DNA of 64,000 nt, from NCBI GenBank assembly GCA_951406725.2, contig OX597827.1, positions 53,320,001-53,384,000 on the forward strand, written 5' to 3'. Below, in pieces: positions 55,542-64,000 of this stretch (positions are counted from its first letter, which is position 1; each line of letters starts with the position of its first letter). The notes under the pieces were generated by a model. The model did no database searches. It had not been told where the DNA came from and was given only the letters and a program-made list of their open reading frames with translations. The DNA is from Octopus vulgaris (lineage: Eukaryota). The position numbers were made by a program, and so were the translations under genes.

Positions 55542-56433
55542 TCTATATATATAAAAGTGAAGTTGTGTGAGTGTCTGTCTCCTACGATTTAGATTCCTAA
55601 CTACTCCCACATTTTGCGGTGCAGTTTAACCAAATTCGGGTATCTTATAGTCGTGATTCATATCGAGCCCGTCTGGGTATTAGCGCGCGTCTACGATGAG
55701 TCTACGATTTTAAAAATAATTTACCATAATTTTTTTCCATTTTAAGGCATATTTTATCCGTGTGTCGATGGCGGCAGAGTTGGCGTCCATGCTCACACCT
55801 GCACCTGTGTTGCTTCTCCCCTTCTTCCCTCCCTCGTGAAGCTGTGGGGAAGGGAGTGTAAGGAAATCAACGTCGTAAAGCGTTGTCAAGGAGACCAGCG
55901 TTCTTTTAGAACAACGACTTCATGGCTTGAATTCGCCAAAACAGAAATCGCTAAAAAAGCTGAAACAGATCCACAAAAACGGCAAAAACCGCCACACAGG
56001 GCAGGTTTCCTGTGCAAACAATTTGCACAACCGAATGTTTTAGTTGTTGCACAAATCTTTATATATAAAAGTGAAGTTGTGTGTCTGTCTCCTACGATTT
56101 AGATTCCTAACTACTCCCACATTTTGCGGTGCAGTTTAACCAAAACCGGGTATCTTATAGTCGTGATTCATATCGAGCCCTTCTGGGTATTAGCGCGCGT
56201 CTACGATGAGTCTACGATTTTTTAAAAAATTTACCATCATTTTTTGGCTATTATATAAGGGCAGTAACTCTCTAAAAATGTCTACGATGAGTCAACGATT
56301 TAAAAAAAATTTACTATAATTTTTTTTCCATTTTTAATGCATTTTTTTGCTATTTTTTTTAGCTATAACTCTCTAAAAATGCTTTATAGTTATTTCCCTT
56401 ACAAACCCGAGCAACGCCGGGCGATACTGCTAG
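55542..56433 (+). mobile_element. Non-autonomous Helitron with duplicated 5' segment
   Basis: A|TC start, 3' hairpin cccgagcaacgccggg plus CTAG|T; second 5' end at 56056. Confidence 0.85.
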
Positions 56434-57076
56434 TATATTATATATATATAATATAATATAATATAATATAAATGTCCTATATATATATGGGCAACAGACA
56501 CGAACACACATATACGTACGTACACCTATTGCATGTTTTGTGCATGCATACATGTTCATAAACAGAAATGAATGGAAAAATGTTGCTAAATTTGTAGATT
56601 AACACTCGTACGATTTTCACTAAGAAAAACAATCGTTTTTTTGCGTGGAATCAACTACTCTGGCCTCTTAATATGCTACAAAACCCTTTTTGTGGTCCGT
56701 GAAACGGAGTGGGTGTGGTGGAAGCCTCGGAAATTGTACCCATTTATATTGTGCAATTCACTGACAAATTGCTACTCACCTCTTTGTTTCTTTGTTGTTA
56801 AATAAATGGATTGTCAACAAAACAATTTTTTACTCTGCGTAAAATAAAAACAAAACTGTTTCGCACCCAAAGTAATGTGTGTGAGAGAGAGAGGGGGGGG
56901 GGGGGGAAGATGAACGATTTAAAATAAATAAATGATTTAAAATAAATATATTGTAATTGTTGTGTGAGAAAGTATATATACTATGATTATAAAATATAGT
57001 GTCTTTCAAAAATATCCTGAATTTGAACACTATATCTCGTGTTTAAGAAAAGACAAAACATTTTACATTTTATATT

Positions 57077-57360
57077 TTATGAACGTCGTCACTTACTCTC
57101 TCTCTCTCCCCCTCTCACTTTGTCTTTCCCGTGAAACTCTCTGCTTCTCTTCCACTTTTCTTTATCTTGTTTTTTATTTGTTAGACGCCGTCAGAAAGCT
57201 ATGGTTGAAAATAGATTTTTATGAACGTCGTCACTTACTCTCTCTCCCTCTCTCACTTTGTCTTTCCCGTGAAACTCTCTGCCTCTCTTCTTCCACTTTT
57301 CTTTATCTTGTTTTTTTTTGTTAGACATCGTCAAAAAGCTATGGCTGAAAATAGATTTTT
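57077..57360. repeat. Tandem duplication of a ~140-bp unit
   Basis: tttatgaacgtcgtcacttactc...aaaatagatttt occurs twice. Confidence 0.8.
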
Positions 57361-57544
57361 ACCGCTAAAAGTTATGGCTGAAAAAAAATTTTTACCGATA
57401 TCCGCGGGTGCCTCGGGAAAAAAATAAGTTGACAAAACCCAGATAGGATGTTGACGAATGTCCTAAAATTTGAGCGACATGTGTGCTAATTTGTGGATGT
57501 GCATAAACTACAATCACGTACACATACACACACATCTTGCCGTA

Positions 57545-58365
57545 TATAAACTTAGACTTAGATAAACTTAGATATGTTTCGACCAAAGATTGGTCCAGGC
57601 CATGTCTAACTTAATAGCACCACCTGATAGGATTATTCGAATCCTGTTTAAGTCAAGTTTTGTTTAAGTCAAGTTTTGTTCAAATAGTGAGTTCTTGTTG
57701 GGTGAGTTGTATCCAGTTTTGTTCAAGTAGTGAGTTCTTGTTGGGTGAGTTGTATCCAATTATGGGTGGCTTATCTGGTATTCTTTGAAGGAATTTATCC
57801 AGACTCTGTTTAAAGTTGATGGGATCCTTTTCCTCTTTGATCTCCCTCGGGACAATGTTAAATAGGGCAGGGCCTGTTGAGGAAAAGAAATTATGTTGCA
57901 GTGTACATGTATGTTGTGATCTTGAATTGGGCAGGGGACGTATAGCCCGTGGTCCAAGTCTTGGATAAACCTTGAAGCTAATGTTTAGGTCGTTTGGGCA
58001 AAGTTGGCGGTATATTTTCCACATCGTACAAATGATGTACCGCTCACGGCGACGCTGGAGGGAGTAAAGTTTCAAGGCTTTAAGGTGATCCCAATAATCG
58101 AAAGCAGCCATGCCTTCAATTTGTTTAGTGAGAGCCCTCTGGGATGACTCAATTCTGGAGATGTTTTGTCTTGTGTAAGGAGACCACAGTGGGCAGCAGT
58201 ATTCAAGGTGTGGCCGTACAAAGGAGGAAAAAAGTGGTATGATGACACCTTGTTCTCTGGACCGGAAAGTTCTTAAGATCCATGAACTCATCCTACGAGC
58301 TATATCGACCTTCTTGTTGATGTGTGCACTCCAACTGAGATCGTCATCAACAATTACACCCAGAT
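57545..58365 (-). mobile_element. 5'-truncated CR1-group LINE 3' end
   Basis: LGVIVDDDLSW, VRPHLEYCCPLWSP, LKLYSLQRRRERY; 3' stem-loop and short ctaagt repeats. Confidence 0.88.
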
Positions 58366-58397
58366 ATATATACAGATATATATAAATATATATGTAT

Positions 58398-58530
58398 TCC
58401 CAGCCACATGGTTCTGGGTTCAGTACTATTGCGTGACACCTTGGGTAAGTGTCTTCTGCTATAGACTCGGGCCGACCAAAGACTTGTGAGTATATCTGGT
58501 TGACGTAAACTGTAAGAAGCCCGTCTTATA
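58398..58530 (+). mobile_element. Partial SINE family A
   Basis: ccacatggttctgggttcag..ccttgggtaagtgtcttctgctatag. Confidence 0.7.
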
Positions 58531-58741
58531 TATGTATATATATAATTATAGTATATTCTGTTAAGAACATAGTAGAATACAGTATAAAGCTCGCTCGTCC
58601 ACTTTCACATTTAAACTGTGCTTTCCAGTAGTAGTATTATATGTATTTCCAGGTTTGCGTTTGGGCATCTGTCGTGTGTGAATAGATAATTGAAAAAATT
58701 TGAGTAAACAAGAAGGGTACGGCTGGACATTTATGTTTTAA

Positions 58742-58845
58742 TCACTACAATTGTTTGCACGCAACGTAGTTCTCCAGATGTGCAGGTACTTGATTAAGAA
58801 ACTATTTCCCTGCATTATGAGATCTAGTTGTGTTTCCTCAGGTGA
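58742..58845 (-). ncRNA. Degenerate hammerhead with extended stem II
   Basis: tcac-CTGAGGA-long stem II-cAAAC-aatt-GTA-gtga; the conserved G of GAAA is mutated. Confidence 0.5.
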
Positions 58846-59608
58846 TATGTAAATATTGTCTCTGTAAATTTAAAATCCTCGGCTTCAAGAACATTCTATC
58901 TCTCGGTCGTGGCCTTAATTTAGTAGTAGTCACAAAGCCTATCAGGGTATGTTGTTGGTGAAGGGCCGTTGGCAAACTGCTTTGAATGCGTAAATGTAGT
59001 GGGATGGTGATTCTCGTACTCTTAAAGTGGTTGCCGTTTTAAAGAGATTGGTATTTTATTTCTTTGTACTGTTGATTTGTTCTTCATGGCTGGTTACTCA
59101 TATGATTGTCCTTAGCTGGCCTTTAAGATTCAACACTCGGACACATACACGCATATATATATATATATACATTCACATACACGCATATATATATATATAC
59201 ATTCACATACATACACATATATAAAATCTACACACACATATACATACGGATATATACACACGCTCACATATACGGATATGTACGCGCACTCACGTTCATA
59301 TATATAAGCACACCTACACTCGCTCGCATATACATACACAGATGCTCGCGTGTGCATACACACACTTACACACATGTATACATATCTACTTACACACACA
59401 CACACGCACACCCACTCACACCATACATATAAATTCACTCACAAATTAAAAAAAGAGTAGCTTATTAGCAATTAAATAAAGGCGATTTTATAGAGGTAAA
59501 AAAAGTGACAGATGGTACTGACTAGCACAGTTTTTGTTAAAATAACTCAAAGCCACAAGAGCACTGAACTTAATGACTGATAAAGAGAGGTAAGTCCCCA
59601 GCGTGCAT

Positions 59609-59664
59609 AGCCGGATCACAATTTCGGATTTTGATGCAGGCCATCTTAATCTTCATCAGCGACT
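59609..59664 (-). ncRNA. Type-I hammerhead ribozyme in a ~320-bp repeat unit
   Basis: agtcg-CTGATGA-agatt.aa.gatg..catc.aa.aatcc-GAAA-ttgtg-ATC-cggct. Confidence 0.75.
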
Positions 59665-59828
59665 CTTAAAGCCTAGAGTTAAACACGACTGCCTCTATCA
59701 GTCTTACAAGAAAAACCGTTGAGAACGTGCTGATTTTCAAAACGGTAAAAGTGTAAACAATAAATTAAAAAGTGGGGCTTATTAGCAATTAAAGCATAAA
59801 GGCAAAATTAATAGAGGTCACAAAAGTG

Positions 59829-59863
<35 letters not shown>

Positions 59864-60243
59864 CAATAATAATTCTCTAAAAGAGATATAGACAGTAATG
59901 TCTATATCTCTTTTAGAGAATTATTATTGCTTTCGAACAGATTTTCGAAATCAGCAAATGTATTTTGCTTGAAAATCTATATATGAATATCCTGCAGAGT
60001 GAGAATTCGTCGAGGAAGCGGAAGCCTACCACACGCCGACGATAGGCAATACACCTTGAAACCATGGTCCGTGTGTGGTTTCCGCTTCATCGGGGAATTA
60101 CCTCCCTTTGCAGGTTAAGGACACCGTGACGGTGTCGGGCCTTTCTGGTGACGTCGATGTTCGCCTGGGGCTAAATGCAACAGTAACACCCCCACCACCC
60201 TGCCCTGTCCCTAGCCATATTCAGATGGCTTTAGTCCCTTATG

Positions 60244-60289
<46 letters not shown>

Positions 60290-60437
60290 TTTTTTTCTCC
60301 TTGTTTTTTCTTGTGTCCCTTTCTGTAGAAGAGCGTAGGCTCGAAACGTAAAAGACTTTTCTATTCCTGAGCGTTATCCTAATACACCTGTTTGTTTTGT
60401 ACACCACCTGTCTTCGTCTTTTGTTTTTTTCGTAAAC

Positions 60438-60519
<82 letters not shown>

Positions 60520-60745
60520 TATACATATAGATATGGTACATATATAAACAAGGCATGAGAAACTACATGTTTGACCTCTAAATCCACAAGTTATTTATTT
60601 TCTCTGTTTATGTCCTCGTGTTCCTTTCTGTTGAAGAGCATAGTCTCAAAACGTAAAAGACTTTCTCACCTTCTGGAGCGTTAAACTAATACACCTGCTT
60701 GTTGTTTATACACCTGTCTTCGTCTTTTGCTTTTCTGTTAATTTC

Positions 60746-60747
<2 letters not shown>

Positions 60748-60813
<66 letters not shown>

Positions 60814-60973
60814 GTATATGTATATGTATATATATATATGTATATGTATGTATATATATATGTATATGTATATATATATATATGTATATGTATATGTATA
60901 TATATATATATGTATATGTATATCTATATATATGTATATGTATATGTATATATATATATATGTATATGTATAT

Positions 60974-61004
<31 letters not shown>

Positions 61005-61020
61005 TATATGTATGTATATG

Positions 61021-61051
<31 letters not shown>

Positions 61052-61328
61052 ATGTATATGTATGTATATGTATATATATATGTATATGTATATATGTATG
61101 TATATGTATATATGTATGTATATGTATATATGTATATATATATGTATATGTATATATGTATATGTATATGTATATATGTATATATATATGTATATATATA
61201 TGTATATGTATATATATATATGTATATGTATATGTATATATATATAGATGTATATATAGATGTGTATATATATGTATATGTATATATATAGATGTATATA
61301 TAGATGTATATATAGATGTATATGTATA
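60748..61328. repeat. Compound (TA)n/(TATG)n/(TATATG)n microsatellite
   Basis: Directly visible. Confidence 0.95.
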
Positions 61329-61725
61329 CTAGCAGTATCGCCCGGCGTTGCTCGGGTTTGTAAGGGAAATAATTATATAAGCATTTTTAGAGATGTAAAG
61401 TATAATAGCCATCTCAATATGGCTAACCACAATGGGGAGGGGTGTTACTGTAGCTTTTTACGTTCTGAGATTTAATAATAAATTTTAGAGAGTTACTTCC
61501 CTTATATATGTCAAAAATGGATTAAAAATGGGAAAAATTGATGGTAATTTTTTTTTTAAATCGTAGACTCATCGTAGACGCGCGCTAATACCCAGACGGT
61601 CTCGATATGAATCACGACTATAAGATACCCGGTTTTGGTTAAACTGCTGCACCGCAAAATGTGGGAGTAGTTAGGAATGTAAATCGTAGGAGAAAGACAC
61701 ACAACCTCACTTTTATATATAAAGA
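61329..61725 (-). mobile_element. Non-autonomous Helitron, same family as 55542-56433
   Basis: Reverse-complement TC start and hairpin plus CTAG end, between A and T. Confidence 0.85.
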
Positions 61726-61887
61726 TTTCCTCTATTTACATAATATTGAGGTCTCTTTCTTTCTTTTGTTATCTTACTGTTTTTACCAATATATATATAT
61801 ATATAAATATAAATATATATATAGTTACAGAGATGTACTTGCATAGCAAGTGACTTGATCTGAGATCGTGTGCTGGAACGAAAACAG

Positions 61888-62146
61888 TTGCAGCGTTGAA
61901 GGTGTTTATAAGCCATTTAAGAAACACACAAAAACCGTTAGATTCACTTCAACATTTAAATTTAATTTGTCAAAATATTTTCGTCGCTTTGAGACCGCGA
62001 CCTGTTAGCACGATATTTTTGTCAGTGAACAGGTCGCGGTCTCAAAGCGACGAAAATATTTTGGCAAATTAAATTTAAATGTTGAAGTGAATGTAACGGT
62101 TTTTGTGTGTTTCTTAAATGGCTTACAAACACCTTCCACGCTGCAA
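61888..62146. repeat. 119-bp near-perfect inverted repeat with 21-bp spacer
   Basis: 61888-62006 versus 62028-62146; a partial copy also at 16277-16336. Confidence 0.88.
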
Positions 62147-62479
62147 TATATATATACACACATATATATATGTATGTATGTATGTATGTGTGTATATGTG
62201 TATGCATGTATGTGTGTGTGTGTGCGTGTCTGTGCTTGTGATTGTCCTCCACCACTGCTTGACAACGAATGTTGGTTTGTTTACATCCCTGTCACCTAGT
62301 GGTTTGACAAAGGAAACAGATAGAATAAGTACAATGCTTACAAAAATAAAACTGGAGTTGATTCATTAAACTACAATTCTTCAATGGCTGGAAAAAGCAG
62401 AAGAATAAAAGAATACATTCTCTGCTTTGTTCTTATGTTCAAGGCATGAGAAAGCTTGAGTTTACATGAGAAGGCCTAA

Positions 62480-62646
62480 CAGACCTGGTAGAAACAGCAG
62501 CCAAATCTCCCTCAAATCACACCTTACTGTCTTATGTATGTATATATATATGAGCCAATGAGGGGGACCTCTACATGGTAGCTAGACCTGGTAACATGGT
62601 AGAAATAGCAGCCAAATCTCCCTCAAATCACACCTTACTGTCTTAT
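62480..62646. repeat. Duplicated ~55-bp segment
   Basis: tggtagaaa(c/t)agcagccaaatctccctcaaatcacaccttactgtcttat occurs twice. Confidence 0.75.
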
Positions 62647-62733
62647 CTTTCTGCTACTTGGATATAGGTGTTATATTCGTCGTAAAAAACTTTCCTGTCA
62701 CACACTCACGCACACGCACACACACACACGCAC

Positions 62734-62785
<52 letters not shown>

Positions 62786-63175
62786 ACACGCACGTTAGCT
62801 TACAATTTTATTTATATATTTGCGTGTCTATGTGTGGAAAGAGGAAGTGGGAGGCAGAGTGAAAGAATCACTCACTACAGTAAGGGAATTACTTTCATTT
62901 TATTCGTTGCCCACTGTGTGTGTGCGTTTGCGTGTGGTGTAAACCAGACTAAGAAAAGCATTTGACACACACACCAGAATGTGAGTTTTCTGTAAATTTT
63001 GCTTAATTGGAGTTTAAATTTTAAAAACTGGACCTGGCATGACGCGATGCATTGTACTCTTAAAAATGCTAGGTAAATTGTAATTGAAGAAATCCTATAT
63101 TGTAGATTTCTATAACTCCCAAAGGGAGGCAGATAAAATCTGCCTTTTATAATAAGTGATATATAGATGTATATA

Positions 63176-63224
<49 letters not shown>

Positions 63225-63780
63225 GTATATATATATGTATATATATATATGTATATATATATATGTATATATATATGTATATATATATGTATATATATAT
63301 GTATGTATGTATATAGCAGTGCATCAGTGCTACCTCAAATCAACACCCAACTAGGACAGATGTATTCTTCAAGACACTGGGAGATGCCCTCTTTGCAGAC
63401 CCATCAGGGGGACAATGTTCAGCAAAGATGGGACTCTCTCAGGGACATCATCCATAGGACTGCACTGAGAGCCTTTGTTATTAGAAGGAAAATGACAAAA
63501 GTTCTTCATCCAGATCGTTTAGTCAGTCTCTCCAGAAAAAAAACTCCATGATGGAATGAATGCATGCGTCAATGGGTGATATGTTCTGTGAACAGTTGCT
63601 TCAAGAGGCATCCATCATTGCCAGATCTATGCAAAAAATGAAGATCTCGAGCAGTAATGGAAAGCCATAACCATTCTGTTTATGCTTAAGCAATGGCATT
63701 GATCAAAATTAAGTTGCAGTCATCAAGTATGTACATACGTACATTCCTGATGACTGTTTCTTTCTTTGTATGCATGTATG

Positions 63781-63813
<33 letters not shown>

Positions 63814-64000
63814 AAGACACTCGTAGCAGTAACACCTACTATCGCTGGGGTTTATATTATAAAAAAGGATCAGAAACAGTTACAAAACCTGAGGCCATAT
63901 CCTTAAAGTGATTTGTCTTTACGCATATTTGATGTACCAAGGTCTAAAACTGTAGCCTACAATTTCAAGCATCGATACATACATAGATAATACTTACAAA

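Noticed and set aside
57570-57612. gacca/tggtc-GAAAC motif as a hammerhead
   Set aside because: No CUGANGA-like core; better explained as the CR1 3' stem-loop
63320-63545. Possible RTE-like LINE fragment ([12 protein letters not shown])
   Set aside because: Too short and degenerate to call

Overview
AT-rich, microsatellite-dense eukaryotic DNA. The SINE families and repeat landscape are consistent with an octopod (Octopus) genome. One host gene is reconstructable: seven phase-consistent GT-AG coding exons on the + strand (38140-46298) encoding about 360 aa with three chitin-binding type-2 (CBM14)-like modules and a C-terminal laminin-G-like domain (molluscan Pif/BMSP-like family). Its first exon(s) could not be placed. 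The rest is mostly transposable elements: a near-intact Naiad-type Penelope-like element (RT + GIY-YIG), a near-intact Tx1-clade ORF2, several ORF1-only Tx1-like elements, R4/Dong-like RLE LINE fragments in (AAT)n, CR1 and other LINE fragments, four Tc1/mariner-superfamily relics, non-autonomous Helitrons, MITE/foldback elements and several tRNA-derived SINE families. Two patterns stand out. (1) About a dozen minimal type-I hammerhead-ribozyme motifs, some canonical and some with variant cores, occur in roughly nine different short repeats. They include a tRNA-headed SINE carrying a hammerhead, inserted as a TSD-flanked inverted dimer in an intron of the host gene. (2) ORF1-only Tx1-like elements repeatedly abut the same ~20-nt site in the tRNA-like head of the common SINE. 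All family assignments are from motif recognition by eye; no searches were run.
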